The notes: a model not told the origin generated them from the sequence alone. Positions 16,795-24,807 are shown, numbered from the stretch's first letter. The stretch: 42,313 nucleotides of DNA from an uncultured Hormoscilla sp. (GCA_963921275.4 CAWUFA030000005.1:1-42313); one strand, 5' to 3'. Translations and numbers: made by a program.

Positions 16795-17381
16795 GTAACC
16801 GAAACAGGGAGGCGAACGAATCCAGTCTCGTCTATACACTCAATTTTTCGTTCAGACAATTGATGAAAAATATCAATACCGCCACGCCTGGAATAGTCGA
16901 ATCTTATCAACCAACAGTCAAAAGGGCTGTCGTCAGACCTGCGTTACGACTGGTAAAAACTGATGGGACTCAAATAGACCGCGCCCCGATTGCTAATGTT
17001 CCAGTGTTGCAGCCCTCGGCAGGCGGGTTCATGGTTAACTTGCCGATCACTCCAGGCGATGCCGTCATGTTGCTGTTCAGTCAACGAGGATTGGCCGCTT
17101 TCAAAAAGACCTATCAGAACAGCACACCTACGGCGTCGTCGTTCTTCTCGTCCACGGATGCTGTTGCGCTTCCAGGGTTCGGCGGGCTCAATGTGAGACC
17201 CGCTACTACTCAAGGGGTGTCGGTGCAGTCTGAGAATGGTGTTGATTTTGTTTCTGTTGAACGAGGGCGGGTTACAGTTAAAACACCTGGAGCGGTTTCA
17301 ATTGATTGCGGTACACTGGATATTAAGGCGAGCGGGAATATTAATATCAGGGGTGCTCGGATCGGGCTAAACGATCCATAA
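16791..17381 (+). CDS. Baseplate central spike (Gp138-like)
   Basis: INTATPG.V.SY, V.P and NVPV.....GGF....P...GD.V.L.FSQR motifs; short beta-helix C-terminus. Confidence 0.85.
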   Translation: MSNRNREANESSLVYTLNFSFRQLMKNINTATPGIVESYQPTVKRAVVRPALRLVKTDGTQIDRAPIANVPVLQPSAGGFMVNLPITPGDAVMLLFSQRGLAAFKKTYQNSTPTASSFFSSTDAVALPGFGGLNVRPATTQGVSVQSENGVDFVSVERGRVTVKTPGAVSIDCGTLDIKASGNINIRGARIGLNDP

Positions 17382-17405
17382 GAAAAGGCCCCGAAAAGGG
17401 GCCTG
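17380..17405 (-). terminator. Intrinsic terminator of cassette B
   Basis: aggcccc-gaaaa-ggggcct hairpin between convergent genes. Confidence 0.75.
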
Positions 17406-17409
17406 ATCT

Positions 17410-17655
17410 TTATGCAACTTGCGGGGTGAATTTTCGTCTGATCCATTTCGGGGCTGGCGTGTGATTCCAGTCGTAGTCTTCCTCGAAATTAAATTTGAGT
17501 TTGTGCTTCATTCTGAATTCTAAAAACTGCTTAAGCCCTTCAGGGTAGCGGGTCTGCGAAATCATAAACTTAATATCACGGGCGGCAATCGGCTTTCCCC
17601 AAAGCGTAAACAGTCTAGAATCAGCGGCAGCTTTTGCTATGTCATTCGTTTTCAT
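17410..17655 (-). CDS. Small hypothetical cassette protein
   Basis: TGGAGA RBS inside the repeated leader. Confidence 0.75.
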   Translation of the reverse strand: MKTNDIAKAAADSRLFTLWGKPIAARDIKFMISQTRYPEGLKQFLEFRMKHKLKFNFEEDYDWNHTPAPKWIRRKFTPQVA

Positions 17656-17659
17656 TTTT

Positions 17660-17716
17660 TTCTCCAGTTGCGGGGATCATTCCCCTGGTTGAAGGGGGGC
17701 CTTCGGCCCCCCGGTT
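17660..17716 (-). repeat. 57-nt double-hairpin intercistronic repeat, copy 1
   Basis: 54/57 identical to 22942..22998; differences only in the hairpin loop. Confidence 0.95.
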
Positions 17717-17717
17717 T

Positions 17718-17882
17718 TTAAACTCTATCTTGAGGAACAGGCTGCGGGTAAACTTCACAGGCTTGTTCGTAGGCTTCAACCATTTCAGCTCGGCTCATTT
17801 TGGGATAGCTTTTTTGAACAGGCTGCTGAGTGTAAGCGTCCAAGGCTCGGACAACTTCTTCTCTATATTTACTCGTCCACAT
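17718..17882 (-). CDS. Small hypothetical cassette protein (MWTSKY..., 54 aa)
   Basis: TGGAGAG RBS upstream of the ATG at 17882; downstream of the cassette promoter. Confidence 0.65.
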   Translation of the reverse strand: MWTSKYREEVVRALDAYTQQPVQKSYPKMSRAEMVEAYEQACEVYPQPVPQDRV

Positions 17883-17932
17883 TTTTTTCTCTCCATTCAT
17901 TGTGTTTTGGGTTTTTACTTGTTGTTGATGAT

Positions 17933-17982
17933 TATATATAGCACTCGGTGCTATATATGTCAACAGAAAAAAGCACTTTTTT
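17933..17982 (-). promoter_or_regulatory. Cassette promoter B with perfect palindrome
   Basis: TTGACA-17-TATATA with A/T UP tract; ATATATAGCAC-TCG-GTGCTATATAT inverted repeat. Confidence 0.85.
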
Positions 17983-18001
17983 GCATTTTTCTTTTGTTTA
18001 A

Positions 18002-18014
18002 AATCAATGACTTA
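18002..18014 (+). promoter_or_regulatory. IHF-consensus site
   Basis: AATCAATGACTTA fits WATCAANNNNTTR; same context repeated at 32919. Confidence 0.55.
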
Positions 18015-18065
18015 TCGGAAACATGAAAAAAAACTTTGACGCCACCGGTAAAAACTGCCATCATT

Positions 18066-19403
18066 TTATGTCTTTAACAACATAAGAATCGTGTTGAGTA
18101 TAGAAGCGGCCTCGGCATCCAGTTTATCGATGTTGGTGATAATCTGATTCGGGCAACGCCGGGGGGCGGTGCCCGAAGTGTTCGGGTTCTTCACAGAAAG
18201 GTCGAAGGTGGTGGAGTCGATATCTGCCACGTTGACGGACCAGGATTTTTTGCTTGGTCTAAAGCCCGCCTGAAGCTCAAGGAAGTCTTTCAGGTCTTCG
18301 TCATTCAGCGGGTTGGTCTTTCCCAGGCTACGGCCTGGATCAAGTTGATAGTACCAAATAAGACGGGTCGGACCGTCGTTCTCAAAAAACAGAACGACGG
18401 TCCTGACGCCCGCTCCTTGAAAGGTGCCACTCGGCAAGTCTAGAATCGTGTAAAGGCGAAAGCCTTTCAGTAGTTTTTTTCTAAGTTCTATCGAGGCCCT
18501 ATCCGTATTCGACAGAAAGGTGTTTTTGATGACGACCGCCGCCCGCCCGTTTTTCTTCAAGGCGGTCATGAAGTGCTGCAAAAAAAGAAATGAGGTCTCG
18601 CTGGTTTTGATCGGCCATGATTTTTGTGCCGCACTGGTTTCCTTTCCACCGAAGGGCGGGTTCGCCAAAATCACATCGTACCGATCATCTGGCGGGTCAA
18701 TCAGGGTATTCGTCTGAACGATGTTAGGCGTATCAATACCGTGCAGGATCATGTTCATGATAGCGATAACATAAGGAAGCGATTTTTTTTCTCGGCCGTA
18801 AAAGGTCTTTTTCTTTTGCTTATTCCATCCAATTAATTTCGCTTCACGGTTCATGTATTGAGCGGCTTCACATAAGAACCCGCCTGAACCGCAAGCACCA
18901 TCGTAAACAGTTTCACCAATGTGCGGATCAATCACGGCAAGAATGGATCGGATCAATGGGCGGGGCGTGTAATATTCTCCACCGTTTCTACCGGCGTTAC
19001 CGGCTCGGTGTATTTTCTCTTCGTACAAAACAGATAATTCGTGTTTACTGTCGTCGGTAAAATCTAGTCGGTTAATCTGTTTAATAGCCGCCTTTATGTT
19101 TTCGCCAGATTCAAACTTGTTCTGAACACCCGAAAAGACTATACCGATAAAGCGCTCAATTGTATCTGGCGGGCTATCCTGAAAGCCCTGAAGATACGAA
19201 AAAAGATCGTCGTTCACATATTCAATCAGGTCGGTCCGCTTAGTCCAGTTTGACCACTGATGCTCGTTATTAATTGCGGCGTGATTGTCTAGGTATTTGA
19301 GGAACAGCAACCACGATGATTGTTCGATGAAGTCCAGTTCAGTCGTGCAGCCGGGTTCCTGTCGAAGAATGTTATCGAGATTATTGAAAATCGCTTTTGT
19401 CAT
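18066..19403 (-). CDS. hsdM: Type I R-M HsdM-like N6-adenine methyltransferase (orphan)
   Basis: EQ.SWLLFLKYLD, GEYYTPR, YDGACGSGGFL, ILANPPFGG and FDLSVKNPN motifs. Confidence 0.9.
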   Translation of the reverse strand: MTKAIFNNLDNILRQEPGCTTELDFIEQSSWLLFLKYLDNHAAINNEHQWSNWTKRTDLIEYVNDDLFSYLQGFQDSPPDTIERFIGIVFSGVQNKFESGENIKAAIKQINRLDFTDDSKHELSVLYEEKIHRAGNAGRNGGEYYTPRPLIRSILAVIDPHIGETVYDGACGSGGFLCEAAQYMNREAKLIGWNKQKKKTFYGREKKSLPYVIAIMNMILHGIDTPNIVQTNTLIDPPDDRYDVILANPPFGGKETSAAQKSWPIKTSETSFLFLQHFMTALKKNGRAAVVIKNTFLSNTDRASIELRKKLLKGFRLYTILDLPSGTFQGAGVRTVVLFFENDGPTRLIWYYQLDPGRSLGKTNPLNDEDLKDFLELQAGFRPSKKSWSVNVADIDSTTFDLSVKNPNTSGTAPRRCPNQIITNIDKLDAEAASILNTILMLLKT

Positions 19404-19540
19404 TTCGTCCCCTTCAATTTAAAACCTGCGGCGGTTGACTCAATTGGACTTGTTTAACGCTTCGGGGAGCCGCTTCATTGAGTCTGTTTCTTTTTAAGGA
19501 GATGCACCTGACGCCGCCGCTCGCCTTGCGGATTTTACCC

Positions 19541-19981
19541 CTAACTTCTCGGATCAATTGCCATTTGTCCCGTGTCCTGTTTAAACTGTGTTACGATTCC
19601 ATTCCATCCAAGAGCGGCAGTTTTATTCGCATTTAACTCCGCCCTGGATTCCAGATTGAGTTTGGTTCTAATCCAGTGAGCGGCTTCATTCTCATCGTTA
19701 GAATCAGTCCATTGTTGAAACTGTCTGTCGTTGCAAAGAATGGCCGCTTGCTGCGTCGGTTTTAAATCGTAAAACCTTCTGTGTTTGGCGGGTTTTTCTG
19801 TCGTTGCCAGCCTCGCAACTGCGACAGATATTTCTGCGGCAGGTTGAGGAAACCCGAACAAACGAACCACTTCCTCGCCCTGTTCAATCGGCACCTCGAT
19901 AATTAACTGTACCACGCTTCTGGTTTTTACTGTTTTTAAATCGGCAAAAGTGCCTTGGATTACAGCGTCGGTCATAACCAT
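19541..19981 (-). CDS. Hypothetical phage protein
   Basis: In the recombination operon; QAAILC.D..FQ.W motif. Confidence 0.65.
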   Translation of the reverse strand: MVMTDAVIQGTFADLKTVKTRSVVQLIIEVPIEQGEEVVRLFGFPQPAAEISVAVARLATTEKPAKHRRFYDLKPTQQAAILCNDRQFQQWTDSNDENEAAHWIRTKLNLESRAELNANKTAALGWNGIVTQFKQDTGQMAIDPRS

Positions 19982-20289
19982 TTTGCTCCTCGTAAAATCT
20001 CTTTTCCTTGTTCTTCATCGCCAGATATATCGTAAAGAATTGACGCCAACTCAAGCGGGTCTAATCCTGCGGCTTTCCAGAATGAAGGTTCACCGATTTG
20101 ATGTTGTTCGGCGTGACACTGATAGCAAAGCGGAACGGTTCTGTCGTCAGAAGGTTTCAGACTGATCCCGCCCTTTCCAATTCGCCCACCGAAACGAACA
20201 TGAGCAGCGGCCACATAGGGCGGGCCTGATCCACAAACAGCGCAAGGAAGCTGCCGAATGTATTTAAGGTGTTTTTGACTTCTAATCAT
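19972..20289 (-). CDS. DUF968/Ref-like HNH-type zinc nuclease
   Basis: L..IR.LPC.VCG, AAH and KP.D...VPLC..CH..QH motifs. Confidence 0.75.
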   Translation of the reverse strand: MIRSQKHLKYIRQLPCAVCGSGPPYVAAAHVRFGGRIGKGGISLKPSDDRTVPLCYQCHAEQHQIGEPSFWKAAGLDPLELASILYDISGDEEQGKEILRGAKWL

Positions 20290-20290
20290 T

Positions 20291-20713
20291 TTAAAACGGT
20301 ACCTCGTTTTCGGACTCGTCTAGTGAATCGGGTTCATCGGCCAGCGACTGATCATGTTTATCTTTCTTGGAATCCAGCATGACCAGCCGCCCGCCGTATC
20401 GAGGAAGAACAACCTCTGTGGTGTATCGCTCGACGCCGGAAGAATCCGACCACTTCCGAGTTTTTAATTCTCCTTCCAGATAGACCTTGGAACCCTTCGA
20501 TAGGTACCGGCCTGCGATATCGGCAAGCCGGTCATCGAAGATCACGACCCGATGCCATTCAGTGCGCTCAAGGGTTTCCTTAGTATGGCGGTCTTTCCAT
20601 TTCACAGATGTCGCTACGGACAGATTAACGATCTGATCACCAGATTGAGTCCGACGGATATCGGGGGCTTTACCGAGGTTCCCGATTAACATAACTTTAT
20701 TTAAACTACTCAT
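20291..20713 (-). CDS. ssb: Single-stranded DNA-binding protein
   Basis: LNKVMLIGNLG, TEWHRVVIF and KGSKVY.EG.L.TRKW motifs; acidic tail ending in PF. Confidence 0.97.
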   Translation of the reverse strand: MSSLNKVMLIGNLGKAPDIRRTQSGDQIVNLSVATSVKWKDRHTKETLERTEWHRVVIFDDRLADIAGRYLSKGSKVYLEGELKTRKWSDSSGVERYTTEVVLPRYGGRLVMLDSKKDKHDQSLADEPDSLDESENEVPF

Positions 20714-21345
20714 GCGGCTTCCAGTTCTGTTCTGCGTGTTTTTGTTTTCGTCTCAATTCCTTTGAGGATAGCGGGGTCGTCTTTCCTCAATTTCGCTAAT
20801 GGCGCGGCGTGTGATCGGATCAACTCATTCACTGTATCAACGGTCTGGGCGGCTTCTAGTTCGGCCATTAAACTTGTCGCAAAAATCATCCAGTCTGATT
20901 CACCGCCTATCTCTGGAACCTTGATAGTTTTTACTTCGGGTCGCTTTCGTTGAACCTTCTGAACCTCAACAGCACTTGCCTGGGCGGCATTTGCATCGTC
21001 GTCTTCATCGGCGCTTATTCCACAAATTGACGCCATTGAATATCGGCGTGCATAGGTCAATGCTGAACCAAAGTCTTGCGGCTTTACCCCGCCCCATATA
21101 ACAGGACAGGTTGAGTTAATTTCCTCGGAACCCTTTAACAACCTCGTGACTACTGTCGTTCCGTGTTCACTGGATTCAATCGCCTGGATTAAGGCGATTC
21201 CTTCAGCGGCTAAACAAGGAATGACCGCGTTTCTTATTGAAGCGAGGTCGGCATATCTAGAATTGAAGTGCGGGTTAATTTTGTTTAACGCCGCGTTGCT
21301 CATTTTCGATTGTGCTTTTGCCAAAGCGGCAACCAGATCAGTCAT
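20710..21345 (-). CDS. ERF-family ssDNA annealing protein
   Basis: AL.KAQ, NPHF.S.YADL, Q..GSALTYARRYS and EDDDAN motifs. Confidence 0.9.
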   Translation of the reverse strand: MTDLVAALAKAQSKMSNAALNKINPHFNSRYADLASIRNAVIPCLAAEGIALIQAIESSEHGTTVVTRLLKGSEEINSTCPVIWGGVKPQDFGSALTYARRYSMASICGISADEDDDANAAQASAVEVQKVQRKRPEVKTIKVPEIGGESDWMIFATSLMAELEAAQTVDTVNELIRSHAAPLAKLRKDDPAILKGIETKTKTRRTELEAA

Positions 21346-22195
21346 TGTCTTTTCCTTCCTTGAGTTTTTTAATTCGTAAAGAGTTGTTTGCGGCCCTGTT
21401 AATTTCCAGATTTTCACCTATGGCCTTTCGGACATCGGGTTCTACAAGCGCCTTCATAGTCTGGTCGGCCTTCTTATGGCGGAGTGCGGCAACAGCCGTG
21501 TCAAAGTATACCTGTTCAGCTTCCCTCCAGTCATCGTTCCCCTTCATATTTACTTCGCGCATATTCTCAAGAAGAACAACGGGCAAGGCCTCGGCTTCCA
21601 TAACAGGGGGCGGAGTGTCGTTTTCTACATATGACCAAAACTCGGTTTCTCTTTCCATCAATTCTGTTTGGTATTCTGCGTCGGCTTCAACTTCAATATA
21701 ACCCCATTTCAGGGTGCCGAAAAATACAGACAGATAGCACAGGTTCGTTTCGGTCACTGCAAGGTTATGCTGAATTTGAGCGTACGCTTTTTTATAAACC
21801 GCTTCCATATTCGTAAAGGCGTTGACGTGTTTGGCCTCGAAGATTCCAAGCCCGACTCGGCCGTCAAGATTTGCATGACTGAATCCGTTCGGGTGCATGA
21901 TCTGGTCGGGGTCCAGGTCTACCACCAAACTGGTTTCTCGCTGGAACCAGTATCGGTTCAGGGGCTCGGTCCATGATCCCATCGTTACAGGAAGAATACC
22001 AGAGAGGTCGTCGGGTGTTTTTCTTCCTGTTTTTAATTCCCAGAGCGGCAACCAGTTTTCGCCTATGATCTGGAAGGCGTCACTTCCACCTATGGACTGG
22101 CGGCGCTTGCTATGCCATTGGTTCGGTTTTTCTAGAAGTTCAGCAACGGCGGGGACCGGAATGTTGCAGGCGTTGCTATAGGAGCGGATTTTCAT
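21338..22195 (-). CDS. YqaJ-like viral recombinase exonuclease
   Basis: W...RR..IGGSD, ANLDG, FEAK, Y.Q.QH and FW..VE...PP motifs. Confidence 0.9.
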   Translation of the reverse strand: MKIRSYSNACNIPVPAVAELLEKPNQWHSKRRQSIGGSDAFQIIGENWLPLWELKTGRKTPDDLSGILPVTMGSWTEPLNRYWFQRETSLVVDLDPDQIMHPNGFSHANLDGRVGLGIFEAKHVNAFTNMEAVYKKAYAQIQHNLAVTETNLCYLSVFFGTLKWGYIEVEADAEYQTELMERETEFWSYVENDTPPPVMEAEALPVVLLENMREVNMKGNDDWREAEQVYFDTAVAALRHKKADQTMKALVEPDVRKAIGENLEINRAANNSLRIKKLKEGKDND

Positions 22196-22367
22196 TAATT
22201 CCCTCCTTGAATAGATCTCGGCTTTCGGAATAAAATAACAGATCTCTTTTGTCTTGCGGGTGTTGATCTTTGAGCACCCGCCAGGCGAGTCGTCTTAGAC
22301 TTTCGTGGGCGGTCTGATCTTCCAGAATATCGAAAGCTTCTTGCCGCCATTTCTCTATCGGTAACAT
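22176..22367 (-). CDS. Hypothetical protein (MLPIEKWR...)
   Basis: GGAG RBS; overlaps both neighbours in the operon. Confidence 0.5.
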   Translation of the reverse strand: MLPIEKWRQEAFDILEDQTAHESLRRLAWRVLKDQHPQDKRDLLFYSESRDLFKEGINENPLL

Positions 22368-22567
22368 TCTTCTTTCTCCATTTTTCGGGCGAGTCTCAAG
22401 GCACACCAGCGTAAGCAGGCGGCTTCGTAACGGTGTTCTGTGTGATGATAGTTTCGGTTGTCGGCCCTTGCTTGGCGGGCCTGTTCTAGGTGCCAGCGGC
22501 AATCCTCTTTTAACTCAATAAGTTTCCTTGCGGCCCTTAAGGACTGCAAGCGATTTTGTTCGTTCAT
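22355..22567 (-). CDS. Hypothetical protein
   Basis: GGAGG RBS; first gene after a TTGACC promoter-like site. Confidence 0.6.
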   Translation of the reverse strand: MNEQNRLQSLRAARKLIELKEDCRWHLEQARQARADNRNYHHTEHRYEAACLRWCALRLARKMEKEECYR

Positions 22568-22589
22568 GGAATCCCTCCACTTATATTAT

Positions 22590-22680
22590 GAATATAAGTA
22601 TAATGGCTTTTTGGTCAACGGAAATATTTTCAATTTATGTAAAAAAAGTGCTTGACCTTTCAGGCAATTCGTGTTATGGT
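22590..22680. promoter_or_regulatory. Divergent promoter-like pair upstream of the recombination operon
   Basis: Minus strand TTGACC-16-TATATT; plus strand TTGACC(22652)-17-TATGGT. Confidence 0.55.
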
Positions 22681-22720
22681 GAAATGACGACCTAATTTAA
22701 AAGCACTTTGTTTTTTAACT

Positions 22721-22936
22721 CTATTGATCAAGGAATTCCTTAACCAGTCTTTCAAGCGGAAACAAGTTATCGTAAATGTCGCAAATCTCTCCAAGGGTTT
22801 TTTGAGGATAGTACTCGGCAACCAGTCTCGGCATCTCTCTGGCGTTTACTTGATCGGCGTACTCCAGGAATTCAAGGTTGCGCTCAATGCCAATCGTCTT
22901 TTTTAAATAGCGGCTTTCATCAAGGATCGTTTTCAT
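22721..22936 (-). CDS. Small hypothetical cassette protein
   Basis: TGGAGA RBS inside the repeated leader. Confidence 0.75.
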   Translation of the reverse strand: MKTILDESRYLKKTIGIERNLEFLEYADQVNAREMPRLVAEYYPQKTLGEICDIYDNLFPLERLVKEFLDQ

Positions 22937-22941
22937 TTTCG

Positions 22942-22998
22942 TTCTCCAGTTGCGGGGATCATTCCCCTGGTTGAAGGGGGGCCAAAGGCCCCCCGGTT
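22942..22998 (-). repeat. 57-nt double-hairpin intercistronic repeat, copy 2
   Basis: Matches 17660..17716. Confidence 0.95.
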
Positions 22999-23001
22999 AA
23001 A

Positions 23002-23226
23002 TTATAATTCTTGATGGCGAAAATGTTTTGCGGCCTGTTTGGCAAAGCGTTTCTGAATCGCGGGCATTTTTGCGTTCAGCCGTTCACAGGCAAGCGATTC
23101 CCATTCAGTTGCTGGCATGTAGCTGTTCGTTTTTACAAATTCGTAAACTCGTTTAAATTCTTGAACCATGAACGGCTGCCAGTGTGTTTTTGCGTATTCT
23201 GCAAATTGTTCTTTTGAAATTGTCAT
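23002..23226 (-). CDS. Small hypothetical cassette protein
   Basis: AGGA RBS, hairpin leader and cassette promoter. Confidence 0.75.
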   Translation of the reverse strand: MTISKEQFAEYAKTHWQPFMVQEFKRVYEFVKTNSYMPATEWESLACERLNAKMPAIQKRFAKQAAKHFRHQEL

Positions 23227-23278
23227 TTTAATCTTTCCTGTGTTTTTGCTTGAGGGTGATTCCCTCCCGCTGATAAAA

Positions 23279-23381
23279 TATATATAGCACGAGGTGCTCG
23301 GAATGTCAACAGAAAAAAAGCACTTTTTTTATTTTTTTTCGCATTAAATTGCTTGACATCGAAGGCACTTTATGTTATGTT
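23279..23381. promoter_or_regulatory. Cassette promoter C plus divergent promoter
   Basis: Minus strand TTGACA-TTCCGAGCACCTCGTGC-TATATA; plus strand TTGACA(23353)-17-TATGTT. Confidence 0.85.
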
Positions 23382-23418
23382 ACGACTAAGGTTCTTTTTT
23401 TTCGGGAGTCCCAGATCA

Positions 23419-23694
23419 ATGCCAGGCATATCCAGATTAAACACCGATACCGCTGGCGGCCTGATCACAGGTCAACTTCAGTCAACAGTTTTTGTTCAGG
23501 GAAATCCCGCCGCTGTTATAGGTGATTCCGTTCAACCTCACGCGCCGTGTCCGACCGTACTAGTTCATTGCTCAGCGACTATGGCCGACGGATCATCAAC
23601 AGTTTCCATAAGCGGCATTCCTGTCTGTCGGTTAGGCGATGCGGCAACCTGTGGACACACTGCAACCGGCTCAACGACTGTTTACGCAGGATGA
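23419..23694 (+). CDS. PAAR-domain spike tip protein
   Basis: V.V.G.PAAVIGD...PH, GS.TV.I.G.PV.RLGD...CGH and GS.TV.AG motifs. Confidence 0.92.
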   Translation: MPGISRLNTDTAGGLITGQLQSTVFVQGNPAAVIGDSVQPHAPCPTVLVHCSATMADGSSTVSISGIPVCRLGDAATCGHTATGSTTVYAG

Positions 23695-23912
23695 AATGCC
23701 GAACCTGTAACGGTACTGGATTCGTTTTCAGGTCTGTAAAAAAATACGAAAAAACCATAACTAGAATTGAATACGAAGGCGGCTCTGATCAGGGTCGGCC
23801 TGTGATCGAGAAAAAAACCGTTACAGGTTTTACCGGCGGCGAAGATGCGTGTCCACAATGTGCGGCTGGAGCGGAAGCAGAATGGAAGTCGATAAAAAAA
23901 AGCCCCGCTTAA
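23691..23912 (+). CDS. Small CxxC...CxxC zinc-binding protein
   Basis: MKCRTCNGTG ... DACPQC; coupled to the PAAR stop (ATGA). Confidence 0.65.
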   Translation: MKCRTCNGTGFVFRSVKKYEKTITRIEYEGGSDQGRPVIEKKTVTGFTGGEDACPQCAAGAEAEWKSIKKSPA

Positions 23913-23926
23913 AAGCGGGGCTTTTT
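23894..23926. terminator. Bidirectional intrinsic terminator
   Basis: A8-gccccgctt-aa-aagcggggc-T5 between convergent genes. Confidence 0.9.
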
Positions 23927-23935
23927 CGTAGAAGT

Positions 23936-24163
23936 TTATTTTGCCAATCTGGTAGCGGCGCTGAAAACTCGTTGCATGTTTTGGCTTTTAGTCACTTCGT
24001 AAGGAGCGACCAGTTTTACCAGCCAGGCTTCCTCTTTTTCAACTTCTTTCATTGCTTTCCATATCGGCCATTCTTTTTCTTTTGCTTTTTGCACAACAGC
24101 GTTAACCATAACGGAAGCGGGGTTCTGTTGTTTTTCCGGCATTCTTTCAAGTTCTCTGTACAT
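23936..24163 (-). CDS. Small hypothetical cassette protein
   Basis: AGGAGA RBS, hairpin leader and cassette promoter. Confidence 0.75.
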   Translation of the reverse strand: MYRELERMPEKQQNPASVMVNAVVQKAKEKEWPIWKAMKEVEKEEAWLVKLVAPYEVTKSQNMQRVFSAATRLAK

Positions 24164-24213
24164 TTTAATTTCTCCTGTTTTTTACTGAAGGCCTTTTCCT
24201 TCAGTTCATGCTT

Positions 24214-24264
24214 TATATATATCACGAGGTGCTCGGAATGTCAACAGAAAAAAAGCACTTTTTT
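24214..24264 (-). promoter_or_regulatory. Cassette promoter D
   Basis: Nearly identical to promoters C and F (TTGACA-TTCCGAGCACCTCGTGA-TATATA). Confidence 0.85.
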
Positions 24265-24761
24265 CAATTTTTTTTATTCCATTCTTCCAGGGCCTTCAGA
24301 ATAGCCCGACGCTCAAAAGCGGCTTCATCAAGGACAATTTTTAATTCCGCCCAGGCCGGAAACCATTTCGAGTTCTCCGCCCATTTTTTGCATCCATTGA
24401 CGACGACGTCAGCGGGATAGTCGGAGGCGTCATCGATGTACAGGGTGACGAGTGCTTTAAGGTCATCGGCGTGCTCTTTCCTTGCATGTGTTCTTAATCG
24501 AAGAGCGGTTATGGCGGCGGCGGCTATATGTGAAGGGCAAGGTTGATCGGCGGCCTCTAGGACTTCTATGGCAGCGGCGATGTCTTTTTTGGGCGCGCCC
24601 TTAAATTGGAATCCCTTCAGTCGTGTGTCGAAACCACCCCGCTCCTGATAAATATCTTGCCAGGTTTTTACTAGAGCGGCGGATATAGTCTCGGGCAAGT
24701 GCGAAATAATATTCGTAAAATCGTTATAAGATTCAGCAGATAATTTTGCGAGTTTTTTCAC
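24264..24761 (-). CDS. Putative replication accessory/helicase-loader-like protein
   Basis: Follows the initiator; Y...L..YP.D.V....W......FP..AEL-like motif. Confidence 0.5.
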   Translation of the reverse strand: MKKLAKLSAESYNDFTNIISHLPETISAALVKTWQDIYQERGGFDTRLKGFQFKGAPKKDIAAAIEVLEAADQPCPSHIAAAAITALRLRTHARKEHADDLKALVTLYIDDASDYPADVVVNGCKKWAENSKWFPAWAELKIVLDEAAFERRAILKALEEWNKKN

Positions 24762-24807
24762 TGCGTCGTTCCTTCTAGTTCAGGAATAGTTGAAATTGTA
24801 GCGGCGG

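Noticed and set aside
17352..17361. GGTGCTCGGA matching part of the cassette operator at the end of the spike gene
   Set aside because: Only 10 nt, inside coding sequence and without -35/-10 context; likely chance
19440..19465. CGTTAAACAAGTC (minus strand) resembling the 3' end of SAM-II riboswitches upstream of an MTase
   Set aside because: The upstream GAUUU/UUGC elements and the GCUAAA tail are missing; only a short chance match
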